Source: Obrimoposthia wandeli
Taxonomy: Eukaryota
Length of the DNA: 64,000 nt
NCBI GenBank assembly: GCA_977020255.1
Contig: CDROCS010001500.1
Coordinates: 186,001 to 250,000, forward strand
Reading direction: 5' to 3'
Each line of letters opens with the position of its first letter. The stretch's first letter is position 1. Shown piece by piece: positions 21,723 through 33,600 of this stretch. Under the pieces are notes generated by a model. That model saw nothing but the letters and a program-made list of their open reading frames with translations, made no database searches and was not told where the DNA came from. Made by a program: the position numbers and the translations under genes.

Positions 21723-22800
21723 TTAACTTTTATAATTGTTCTCTATTTGTTTATAAACAGTTACTCCCTTAGAATTAATTATGTCTGTTAAAACACGTAA
21801 ATCATCTGGGCAAGCTTGTGTTATTATTGTTTAAAAATAATATATAATATACAATATTCAATAATCAAAATTTCCAATAGAACTGTTTCTCAATGTTATA
21901 AATGCAGTAAGAATAACAATATTCGTGGAATGAATCAACAATAATCAAAATGATAAGTTCTTATTTTGGGGAAATGCCTGGACGATGTGTAAATAGCAAT
22001 CGTCCAAATGTCAAAGCTACAAATAAACATTTGTTTGATCGTCTCAGACACTGATTTTTAAATAAATCAAAATAAGGCAGCAAAATGGCTGGGTAACACA
22101 TGACAATGGACATAAAAAACACACACAGAGCCAGGAAAATGGCAGATGGGTCAGAGCGATAATTGTGTCTGTGTGTGGTCATCTAAGGTTCTACTGGTGA
22201 TGAAAATGAGAGCGAATTCTTTGAGTGATAAATATAACTGTTACTTCACGATGTAGACTTGCACTTGCAGCTCACACACTTTTGTAGGTTATAGGTGTGT
22301 GTGTGTAGAATTATTATGAGTCTGATTCCTTGTCAGACCACATCCATAGACTGAGAGAGAGTGGGTAGCTTCTGACTGACGAATACTCAATTATTATTAT
22401 TACATCTTCAACCCGTCGTTTTAAACCAATTTTGTGAGTAATTTTATAAAATGTCACTTTAAATTGACTGTACACCAATTTGTGCTGTTTACAGCATCGT
22501 GGAATGAATCAATCCAGAAAGTTCTTATTTTGGGGAATCAAATCCTTCAATAAATTGTGATATTCTCTTCAACTTGCAATGTAAATAAATTATTATAATC
22601 TGGATTCCTTAGCTTCCTGATACTTATCTTATTATTGTTTTGGTTAATCCGCTTTCCCCTCCTCCACCATGATGCCAATAAATATTTTTGAAACTAGATT
22701 TGAAAATATATTCATTTTGCAACAATTTACATACGAAATGTGTCTTTCCACTTCCACTGGGGCCAACTATTTGAAATACAGCATTATTATTTAACTCCAT
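21723..22800 (-). pseudogene. A32/FtsK-like packaging ATPase (fragmented, with an internal insertion or duplication)
   Basis: MELNNNAVFQIVGPSGSGKT (Walker A) at 22800-22743; FIEGF; YFDLFKN...TFGRLLF; C-terminal CPDDLRVLTDII...VY. Confidence 0.8.
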
Positions 22801-22910
22801 TTCATATACTCTTTCATTTTTTAATATTGTTTATATTATCATAGAAGTTTCATTATTGAAATGTACAATGTTAGAGCTATTGTAGATGAAATACGAAAAG
22901 TAATTAATAA

Positions 22911-23120
22911 TTATTTGGCTATAATTTTATTTATTTGTGTACGATTTCTAAATTCTCGAATAATATGTGATCTAATCAATATTTCAATGTTATCTCTTGT
23001 TATATCATTATTTTTTAATTCTGATAAAATTTGTTTACCCCTAATTTTTCCAGAAAATATTTCGTCGGAAAGACGATCCACTTCATTGTCTCTATTTATA
23101 GTATTATTCATTTGAAACAA
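22911..23120 (-). CDS. Small hypothetical Polinton protein
   Basis: Intact ~66-69-aa ORF between the TBP-like gene and the ATPase, on the same strand. Confidence 0.35.
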   Translation of the reverse strand: MFQMNNTINRDNEVDRLSDEIFSGKIRGKQILSELKNNDITRDNIEILIRSHIIREFRNRTQINKIIAK

Positions 23121-23139
23121 TAAGTTTAAACGGGTTTGT

Positions 23140-23639
23140 TTATAAAAAAGATAACAAGATGTAATAAGATATATTTTCTAAAATCAAATCAACTATGTCT
23201 GGATAATCAAAATTTTTCAATCCCAATATCATAACTTTACCACTGGAAAATATATTTAAACATAGCGGTTTAAACTTCAAATAACTGAAAGCAGGAAAAT
23301 TTCTGGTTCAAACATGCATTCTACTTTCATTTTCTCTGCAGTTTTAAAAAGATTTATCTGTTTCCCAAGATTAGCCGAAATCGTAATTGATTGTATTGCA
23401 GTGATTCGAATTCCAAATGGTAAATTGAACCCAAGCATTGGTATTTTGCATCCCATAACACGACAATTTCCTAAAAGAATTCAATATGAAAATAAAATAA
23501 AAAACTAACCTGTAGGAAAAATAACAACTGTGAAATTGTCATAATTTTCCACATATTGTCTCGGCTTCCATTCATTGAATAGTAAGTACGAAACATCATC
23601 TTCTGTTCTACCTTTATAATTTATATTTACGAGTTTCAT
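23140..23639 (-). CDS. TATA-binding-protein-like gene, 2 exons (23510-23639 and 23140-23470), 39-nt intron, one 1-nt frameshift near 23300
   Basis: Spliced and frame-corrected translation: MKLVNINYKG...TVVIFPTG|NCRVMGCK...IQSITISANLGKQINL...FEPEIFPAFSYLKFKPLCLNIFSSGKVMILGLK, reproducing both TBP direct repeats. Intron GTTAG...TTTTAG (23471-23509) contains in-frame stops. Confidence 0.85.
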
Positions 23640-23880
23640 TAGACTAAAATTGTATTCTGTAAAATTTTCTTTATATATGTCTGAACCTGCTTTTTTATTG
23701 CACGTTTCTTGTAATTATCTTGCAAACCTATTATAATTGGATGATATATTTCTTCCAATCAAATTTGATTTTTAATATAGATTTAGTCCAATCAAATTCA
23801 ATGCTTTAGTTATATTAACCAATGAGATTCATGTCTTGAGACAAATCACAGTAAATGCATTCATATCAAAGACATCAACG

Positions 23881-24334
23881 ATGGACGATAGCCAACGGAT
23901 ATTAAGCGGTGGCGAAAATATAGAAATGTTTGAAGAATCGGATAAGGATATGTATGAAGAAGTGAAACAATATTTCAAATACAAAGTCAGATTCTTGAAG
24001 AAGGCCCAACTGATTGCTTTAGTAAATCTTGTGACAATTGAAAGAAGAAAGTTCAGTTATTATCTATCAAATATTCAAAAACCGGATTTTCAATATCTTA
24101 AACAGAAAGTTGAAAAGACAGTTCCAAATTTTACCCTTCAATAAGAACGAATTTTATATCCGAGGAGCCGATGAAGCATTTCTAGATGACTATGGAAGAT
24201 ATGTTGATATTGATGCGTTTCCGAAAAAGAAGCAATGGACTGTAACAATTCGACTTTATGGTTACAAGAAAGATGAAATGGGAACAAAGTTGCCTATGTG
24301 GAAAATTGAACGTGCTCATATTTCTATGTTTTAA
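23881..24334 (+). pseudogene. Hypothetical Polinton protein (one frameshift), possibly an OB-fold ssDNA-binding protein
   Basis: Two overlapping ORFs join into ~150 aa. C-terminal VTIRLYGY...G...WKIERAHI resembles the end of viral SSB OB-folds (weak). Confidence 0.3.
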
Positions 24335-24715
24335 CTTTTGCATGTAATAAATTGTAATCGGTTTTACTATGTTTCTTTCATTTAATAATCAGTTTTATTT
24401 TTTAAATATTTGTATCTTACATGTATCTTATGTGTATTTTTTATAAACGTTGTTTTTTAATCAGTTTCCTTATTTTAGAATGGATAAGAGATGTGTAGCA
24501 AATTTTTATTATCCAGAAAGAATTTCAAAAGGAAAACTATGTAATATATTAAAGAGGCATCAAATTATACGAGTTATAAATCCTGTGAAAATATCAAAAG
24601 TGGAGAATAAATATCTCATCGAAATTTTAAGATGCAAAAAAATTAAAAGAAAATATAGAGTAAGAACATGATTATAAAATTATTTATAAATTTGAATGTC
24701 TAACAATGGCAAAGT

Positions 24716-24955
24716 ATGGATACCAAAAGAGAACATAAAAGATTCCATATGCATATTTCACAAAACATCATGTCATGCAGGTTGGAAAAAATAAATAAAT
24801 GTATTTCTCAAAGATTTAATATCATCAAAATATTAAAATTCAACAAAAATATTTTTCGAATGTGTGAATATTGTCAGAAACAAAAAGTAGTAACAAGAGC
24901 TGAACAAACAAATAAAGAAGCTTCGGATCAAGTATTTTTATCGTTAGATTTATAG
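24716..24955 (+). CDS. Small hypothetical protein with CxxC (possible zinc ribbon)
   Basis: CEYC followed by ...EQT; a second Cys pair appears only after a frameshift. Confidence 0.25.
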   Translation: MDTKREHKRFHMHISQNIMSCRLEKINKCISQRFNIIKILKFNKNIFRMCEYCQKQKVVTRAEQTNKEASDQVFLSLDL

Positions 24956-25169
24956 ATTTTTGTGGGCTTTTATAAACAACATATAAAAGGAAAAATACAA
25001 AATTACCTTAATTGTTTAATTTAGTAAGTACATAGTTCTAAAGGCTGTAGAAAACAACAGCAACACAAACTATGAATAATTGTATAAATCAGTGTGGATT
25101 GTCCCCATGATTCCTAACAAGTTATTTATAATTTACTAAATATTGTATCAATTTTGTTGTTGCATAAAT

Positions 25170-25440
25170 TGAAAATTTTTAAATGCTTTGAAGGTCATAG
25201 GGTGATTCAAATACTATGTGGTAATAACAACGACTTTTGAAGGAAATATATATTATGATATTGTTCCACACGGTCAAAATGTCCATGGTTGTTTGTTAGA
25301 GCCAAATAAGAATTCAGGAAAATCAAAATCAATTAAAATACAAAAACTAAAATTGGAACAAATTACCATAGAATTTTAACAAAAGTCAGCATAGACAAGT
25401 TATCCAATGATCCATAAAAAAGGCCAGTAGTTAAAAATAT
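25170..25440 (-). pseudogene. Possible remnant of an adenain-type cysteine protease
   Basis: Fragments MDHWITC, KFYG, SNKQP and CG(Q)Y..IYFLQK occur in the order expected for HW...DSYG...Q...CGxYC; needs several frame corrections. Confidence 0.3.
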
Positions 25441-27590
25441 TAATTACTTTGATGCACAATTCTTTATTTTGTGAATAACATTTTGTATCGTACATTTATT
25501 TGAGAAGCAGATCTATTCCAAAATGCATTTGATTTATAGTTCTTCGAATTCCGTGTTAAAAATATTCACAAAATTATTTCTATTTAATATTAAGTTGCAT
25601 ATTATTGAACTAAATGCTATTTTAGAGCGTAATTTATCTCTAATCGAATGATATAGTTTATCAAAATCAATCCTTGGTTCAAAAGGTTATATAGATAAGT
25701 ACATGAACGATTGCCATGCTAACATACGCATGCACCTACCAGGGGTTTCTTCATAGTCCATTAATCATGATAGCTAATGAATATTAAATAAGATAAGCTT
25801 CTTTGAAGATCCACCATGTAGACTCAGATATCCTATATGAAGCCTAATTTATATAAACCCAAATTTTGAGACAAAAAAGTGGACAAAATTCTCACTGTCA
25901 GCTAGACCGGCTCTCTCGTCCACAACAGGTAGCAGGTTTAAGGTAGTCTCAGTAGTATACGTCATCATCATCGTTAAGTTGGAGCAAATATTTTAAATTT
26001 GAGCTCTCCTGCTTTTTCTGTTATATTTCATCGATAATCTTCAAAGGAAGCATCAAAAGTTTTTCACCTCTCTGAATATTGATAGGAGTAATTCTATCTT
26101 TATTCATGCTGACACGCGGTTATATGCCTCGTCATTATTGACTGGATTTCTGTCATCGAGGTCACGAAGTCATATTCACCTAACTTTAATCTGTAACTAT
26201 TTCTTAGTCGTTTTGTGGAGCAAATTTCAAACCCAAATATTTGGAATTAAGAAAGACAAAATTTGACGAAGTAATATTTATTAAAAAATCACATGGATTA
26301 TAAAATGGAACTGGACTCATTTGAGTGAACTAGAGCTTATTGGGCAGCACCTTTGTAGTGTGATCGGCATCAGATCATCGTGGTGACGGATACAGTCAAC
26401 CAAACACGATCCGTATACCGGGGTCAATAAAGATATTTACATGAAACACGGTCAGAAACCAATGAAAATCTTGATATAAAAGTATTCATACGACTAAAAG
26501 ATAATGTTGTACATCCAGACATACACATCAACACACACCCAACCTACGAATTCACAATGCTGGACTGGGTAAGGCTGTAACAGCAGTCCCGGGAGGAGGC
26601 CGATTCAGTGATGACCTACATCGCCAGCTGTACTGCTAATGGCCATTCAACAAATAGAACTCCACAGATATCTGATGCAGGTGCCTGAAGTGAAAAGACC
26701 ACTACACCTGAAATGCTCATACCCCCTTCAATTGTATTTCAAAACATATCAACTGTTCTGCACCAGACCAAAATCTGTCAACATCATTCATTTATAATTT
26801 ATATTAATAAAGAAATTGGCAGTTACATATCCGGTTATGTTTTGCTAAGGTAAGGCTTTTAAAGGCGAGTCTCGATGGCGTCACCAGAAAATATCATTGC
26901 AATTGTATATCCAGCTCTGCGCCACGCCATATTTATCTACATTACCCACCCAGAACCAGAAAACTTGATACCACATGATATTATAAAAAATTATATTTAT
27001 TTAATTCTTTTTAATTATCTATTTAAAATTTAAGTATGAATTTTTACTTACCGTAAAATGAAGTTCTTAGGAAACATGGTTTACAATTTTTAAAATTTAT
27101 ATTGGTGGTTAAGTTTTCTTAATGTTTGTGACTGTGGAGGGGTAATGTATTTGAATTTGATGTGGGCAGAGCTGCATAGCCATTTCCAAATATTTTCCAG
27201 CTGCCACAATCGGGATTCCCCCTTATAATCTAGCCAATCGCAGCCGGATACACGAATGCCAATTTCTACATTGATATAAAAGATAATCAAATGATGCAGG
27301 ATAGCAGGTATGTTGAGAAATAAAAAACAGGGCGATACACGTACTTTAGGCGGTTGTATAACTTCACAGACCCCGTATATATGGATATCGATGGTTTCAT
27401 TGACAGCTGGAGGAATAAAATCACCTTCAAAGAAAGCTAGAAAACGATGTAAAAGAAGGTATATCATCATTGAAGAGTGCCTCCTCGTTTTGTGGGGGAT
27501 CTGTAGGCACACCAAGTCGGATATAAGTCGAGTCCAACACAGGGACAAGCAACACAGGTCGCTGTTCAAGATGAAAATAAACCAGCACAA

Positions 27591-27596
27591 TTTATT
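27591..27596 (-). terminator. Putative AATAAA polyadenylation signal of LRRFIP
   Basis: AATAAA on the minus strand, ~27 nt after the stop codon. Confidence 0.45.
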
Positions 27597-27622
27597 CGAG
27601 GTCTACATCATCATCAGCAGCA

Positions 27623-30600
27623 TCATTCCCCGTCACGCTTGGTCTTCTGTTTTTGGAACTTCTCCAGTTTCTTGGTCAAGGTCATGTTTTCCGATTTGAG
27701 GTCCTCAATTTTGCTTTGGGCTTCGCGGAACTGAAAATAGATTCCGGAATCGTGTTAGCCTATCCCACAACAACAAGAATATTCGATAAAAAATGTATAC
27801 AACTAAAATATGAGCAAATTAAAAACGATTGTAATATTCAGAAGAGTATGTTTCAAATAAAAAAACTCAATATGAACTACGAGTTAGTAGTACTCTGGTA
27901 GTACTCTATCAATCTCATGTGATGGTTAACTCCTGCTGACGAAAAGGGACGTCTTCGCTAGTTGCGTGTCAGCCATCAGCAAACCCAGTATTGCTCAATT
28001 GACAAAGCCCGGTACTTAGGGAGGATTCTCACTTTGAATTGGGCAGTCTTAGGGAGGATTCTCATTTTGAATTGGGCAGTCTTAGGGAGGATTCTCACTT
28101 TGAATTGGACAGACTTAGGGAGGATTCTCACTTTGAATTGGGCAGTCTTAGGGAGGATTCTCACTTTGAATTGGACAGACTTAGGGAGGATTCTCATTTT
28201 GAATTGGGCAGTCTTACGAAAATTGCTGGACACTTTCCTCAGGTCAGAATACAAAATCTCCATCATGCTTGTCTTAGATAAATTGCTTACTTTCACTATT
28301 GTCCTAGATGGTTACTGCCATCAAGACTATTGGTGGAAAACTATGCCGTTCTTTGGGATTCTAAGACGGACAATTCTGCTTATTTTCAGAGTAAATTCCT
28401 CTTAATATTTTGAGAAGCTCCAACTGATTTCCTAATTTCTTTAATTAGCTTTTCTCTTAGCATTTACTTGGAGATACGATCACTGCCATGTTTGCTAACC
28501 AATGGTTGACCTACACCAACTTGCTGTGTAGCAACATATATCGTACACCCCAAACATTGCACTTTAAGGCAGTGTTCAACAGTGCAGGGTTTTCATAACG
28601 TTTAGTTCCTCTGTAAAATTTAAGCGTAAACATGATATTTGATGATCATGCTAATTTAACTTTTATGTCAAGGTGTATTTGTCCCGTAATTTTCAGTTAT
28701 AAACGTAATAGTTTTCAAATGTTATGGTGCCGAATATCATATCCCGATGACTGAAATGTTTTACTAAAGTGCTTCAATGATCAGTATCTGATGATAAAAA
28801 GTAGAAGAAAATGGAGTTCAAAACCTTCTAAGATTACAGTTTGACCAAGAAAATGACAATTATTAATTTTATTGGAAAACTATCCTCAAGTCCTATTCAG
28901 CTGAAACTTGGTGGGTACATATTTTTAAGCAGACCTCATCTTTTGTCTATCTTAGGTTTGTAATACATATTTTGTGTGCACAGAAAATACCGATTTTATC
29001 TAACTTTTTTCTGATGGATCTTACAGTATTGAATTTTCTATTTCGATCTTTGTGTCATTTCTTCAGTACCCAACTTCATAACTTTTTCCTATGTTTTTGT
29101 ATTATTATTAGAGTATTATCATATCAGTAACTTATTATTTCTGTTGCGAAATCTCTCTTACGCGGTTCTCTATGATGAAATAACTTTTTGCATCTAAGCA
29201 CAAATGGGGATATTTTTCATGATATTCTAAAAAAAAATTACAAATTTCTTAAGTGTTTTGATTACAATTCTCATTCTTTTATTGCCCCGAGCATCGTTTC
29301 AAATAATAAATAGCTTAACAAAAAAATACAAATATTATGTTGTAACCCTATTTTGTAAATTACTGGGAATTGAAGTTGTAACAGTTATTTTGATTCACAT
29401 TTCAAAATCCAAATCAGTATAAAATAAAATTATACGGATAACTTTGAAATAATGTGATAACATGATAACATTCAACTCAATAAACTTAGGGCACTCGTTA
29501 TTCGAACTCGAATTTTAACTATATTTCATGTTGTAAAGTATATTCCCAATATCCAGAATTTTGAATTAGCCGATTTCAAAATGAGCTCAACAGCCTATTA
29601 CCGATATGGGCAACAACTTTGGTACTTGTAAAGGGAAACGAGATTTAAAATGAATATTTAAACACAGAATATACTTACATCTTTCTGAATCTTTCGTTTG
29701 GACTGCTTGAGTTCTGTCTCTTGTTTCTCACACTCTTCTGCGATCGACTTGTGGCGCTTCACTTGGCCCTCCAACCGAATCACCTAGGGACAGATTGGCA
29801 TGGTCAGTAGCGCAAAAAGGTACAAATTACACATTCCTGACTACTGTCAATTATATATGAAATATAATAAAGGTTCACAATGCCGGCATTCAGTGCCTTC
29901 ATGATTCAAGCTCTAGCAGAAGTAGAAAACTGAGTAATCAAACAAAGCAATCAAGAATATCGTCTCTGATATGATCGTAAAGGATTATGAGAGGTACAGG
30001 AATTCAGAAATGTACTAAAAAACTCAACAGAGGCAAAATGAGGCTCATGTCAGCATCGAAATTTTTTAACACCACTGAACTTGAACATTTTTCTACTCAG
30101 TAACTTTAACAGTCAGTCCTACAAATAATCGAGGTTGTGCATGGTCGATGTTGTGCATGATCGAGGTTGTCTATGAACAAAGTTGTGCATGATCGAGGTT
30201 GTGCATGATCGAGGTTGTGCATGGTTGAGAATGTTCATGTTTGAGGTTGTGTATGATCGAGGTTGTGCATGATCGAGGTTGTGCATGATCGAGGTTGTGC
30301 ATGATCGAGGTTGTGCATGATCGAGGTTGTGCATGATCGAGGTTGTGCATGATCGAGGTTGTGCATGATCGAGGTTGTGCATGATCGAGGTTGTGCATGA
30401 TCGAGGTTGTGCATGATCGAGGTTGTGCATGATCGAGGTTGTGCATGATCGAGGTTGTGCATGATCGAGGTTGTGCATGATCGAGGTTGTGCATGATCGA
30501 GGTTGTGCATGATCGAGGTTGTGCATGATCGAGGTTGTGCATGATCGAGGTTGTGCATGATCGAGGTTGTGCATGATCGAGGTTGTGCATGATCGAGGTT

Positions 30601-33600
30601 GTGCATGATCGAGGTTGTGCATGATCGAGGTTGTGCATGATCGAGGTTGTGCATGATCGAGGTTGTGCATGATCGAGGTTGTGCATGATCGAGGTTGTGC
30701 ATGATCGAGGTTGTGCATGATCGAGGTTGTGCATGATCGAGGTTGTGCATGATCGAGGTTGTGCATGATCGAGGTTGTGTATGATCGAGGTTGTGCATGA
30801 TCGAGGTTGTGCATGATCGAGGTTGTGCATGATCGAGGTTGTGCATGATCGAGGTTGTGCATGATCGAGGTTGTGCATGATCGAGGTTGTGCATGATCGA
30901 GGTTGTGCATGATCGAGGTTGTGCATGATCGAGGTTGTGCATGATCGAGGTTGTGCATGATCGAGGTTGTGCATGATCGAGGTTGTGCATGATCGAGGTT
31001 GTGCATGATCGAGGTTGTGCATGATCGAGGTTGTGCATGATCGAGGTTGTGCATGATCGAGGTTGTGCATGATCGAGGTTGTGCATGATCGAGGTTGTGC
31101 ATGATCGAGGTTGTGCATGATCGAGGTTGTGCATGATCGAGGTTGTGCATGATCGAGGTTGTGCATGATCGAGGTTGTGCATGATCGAGGTTGTGCATGA
31201 TCGAGGTTGTGCATGATCGAGGTTGTGCATGATCGAGGTTGTGCATGATCGAGGTTGTGCATGATCGAGGTTGTGCATGATCGAGGTTGTATATGATCTA
31301 ATTATGCTCAATAGTGGTTCATTTATACAGCCATGGCCGTGTCTCTTGCCGAAAACCTATGCAATCCAATACCAGTTAGATGAAGCTGCAAGCAAATGTC
31401 AATGGTTATTAGCTCATAGGGAAATGTCAAACGACATAAATGACAGAATTGTCCCAGGTTGTCTACATTATTCTGTTGAATCAGCTTTACGCAGAAATGT
31501 AAACAAAAACTTTAAAAAATGGGTCCAATCAGGTCTAAAATCAAAGCAGTGGTGTGAAAATTGTGTGAATCTGCACAATGTAGTCCTTGAACATTGGACA
31601 GTGACATAGTTACGAGGAGCACGTGAAGCACTGTCTACGATGGTGAGAATTGATTGCGCTTGACTGATATATGGGACTGGATCGATGACGGTTGACGACA
31701 ATTGGAATGGTCGAAACTCAAATGGATGCTCAGGCTCATGGAGAACTGCGGTCAAAGACCTAGTCTAACCCAGTTCCGAGATGATCTTTTTATTGATTAA
31801 TACAAACTAATTTAAAGACAACATAAATATCCTGTTTCGATTGGCGGTAGATCAGGTTAATACGTCGAAATTTAACTTGAATCGGTATAGAGTTATTTTA
31901 TTGTCGTTATTATTATTAGTTCAGATATAAAAAGTAGCACAAAAAACATTCAAAATCACCACAAGCAGCTTGCGACAATGCCATTGGTCGTCTTCATCTG
32001 AGGAGGGACGTGATTGGGACATAAGGTCACAGCCAATCAGTACATGCCTTTCCAGGCGTATTCAAAATTGAGATCAACAAACAGTGACATTTTTTCCATT
32101 GATCAGAATTTGATTGAGCCTCTTAAGATTGTTTATATAGATGATTTTTCGATAAAAATAATTATGATGATAATTTTCGGAATTAATAATAAAGGTCTAA
32201 TTCAAAGTGTATTCTAATTTCTTGGTCACATAATCAAGTGCTGATTGTAGGAAAAAGTTCACTGTTCGTTAGACTAAGTTCGTCTTTCGTGAAAGTGGCT
32301 TTTCCTCATTTAAATTGATAGTTTACATATTTTTAGATTCTCAAAACTCTTTGGCCTTATTTTTCTATACCAAATATACAACTTAACAACCGCATATCCG
32401 TTGATCATATAAATATCCAAAGCATTACATTCAGTGTTACGTTTCATCCGAAAGTTTATGACCTCATAATACGTATAATTTATGTGTGGTGTTTTAAATC
32501 ACTAAAAACGTTTTTTTTTTAAATCATTTAAAAATTATGTTTATTGGATATTAAAAATTATTTTCTCTTATGGACAAAATCAAGACAATTGAAGATAAAT
32601 TGAAAGAAAGAGGAGGCTATATTATTTGGATATAAGAATACTAAAAACCGTATAAAAAAGATTTTCATACATGTAGGTGAAAATATTATTAATTTAAAAA
32701 GTAAACAAAAAGAACATTTGTTGCGTCCTCGATGAAAACATTTCAAAGAAATGTTTTCATTAATAAAGTGATAAGAACATGCAACAGCCATATAAAAAAG
32801 ATTTATCTGATAATTAAAAACTTTACTACTGAAATAAATTGCAATACTAACACATGCGATTATTACATCGACTTAATTCACAATACTTCAGCTTATCAAT
32901 TAAATTGCTTGTCAAATATTTTAAACAAAGCCGTCAGAATTAAATAAAAATTCTAGTACATGTGAACATTTAATTAAGCTCCATTGGCTGCAGAATTGAA
33001 TTGAGCCTGGTGCTCAGAATCTTTACAACAATTGCTAATGGATATAACAAATTGTAATAATGTTGAAAAATTCATGAAGCAGCTAAAGACTTTACTATTC
33101 AGAAATATTACAAAGAACAACGGGAAAATAGGAAAATAGGAAGCGCTTTTGAATAAAAAATCTTAACACTTTATTAAATATATAATTGTTGTAATTTGAT
33201 TTAAATTTACAAATTTAATGACATTTTGACAACCATAGAACGAATTGTTTATATGTTGTTTGGAACAGGTAAAACTTACTACACGTTACATATATTTTTG
33301 GTTTAGTTATGAAAACTAAAAATTGCTTAATTACACTGCAAAATATGAAAATTTTTCTTCTAATTAAAATAAATTTTAGGAATAGTTTTGCATCCTGATT
33401 ACTACAACAAAAATAAATTGTCATCCACCGTCATACTCAAAAATAGCATTTTTAATGTCTATCCATATTTAATTAAGTTATCTCAGTAATTTGTAAAATT
33501 CCTATTCCGGGTGAATAACGAAGAAATCATTAGGGGAGTATGTCAGATATGCGCTTGTTAATTGCATTACTGCATTTACAATAAACTTCAGTTTCGGAGT

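Larger units (their letters stand above)
16400..25916. mobile_element. Degraded Polinton/Maverick (adintovirus-like) element; ends uncertain
   Basis: Co-located pPolB, MCP, penton, core proteins, rve integrase and packaging ATPase in tightly packed order. CTCTCT at 25911-25916 could be an AGAGAG terminus; no TSD confirmed. Confidence 0.9.

Noticed and set aside
24716-24955. TFIIS/RPB9 homolog
   Set aside because: Only one CxxC is in frame and the QTRSADE acidic hairpin is not conserved; kept only as a possible zinc ribbon.
25903-25960. Definite Polinton terminus (CTCTCT or AGTAGT hexamers)
   Set aside because: No matching long TIR at the left end and no 6-bp TSD could be found.
27090-27699. 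Overlapping 129-166-aa ORFs just past the LRRFIP stop
   Set aside because: No recognisable domain, one overlaps LRRFIP exon 9 antisense, and no consistent splice model could be built.
27962-28405. ORFs with 11-aa Leu-rich periodicity suggesting an LRR protein
   Set aside because: They arise from the 33-bp minisatellite, are open in several frames on both strands, and lie in an intron.
30119-31311. Three 358-375-aa ORFs on the minus strand
   Set aside because: They are translations of the 16-bp satellite (3 units = 16 codons); no evidence of a real gene.
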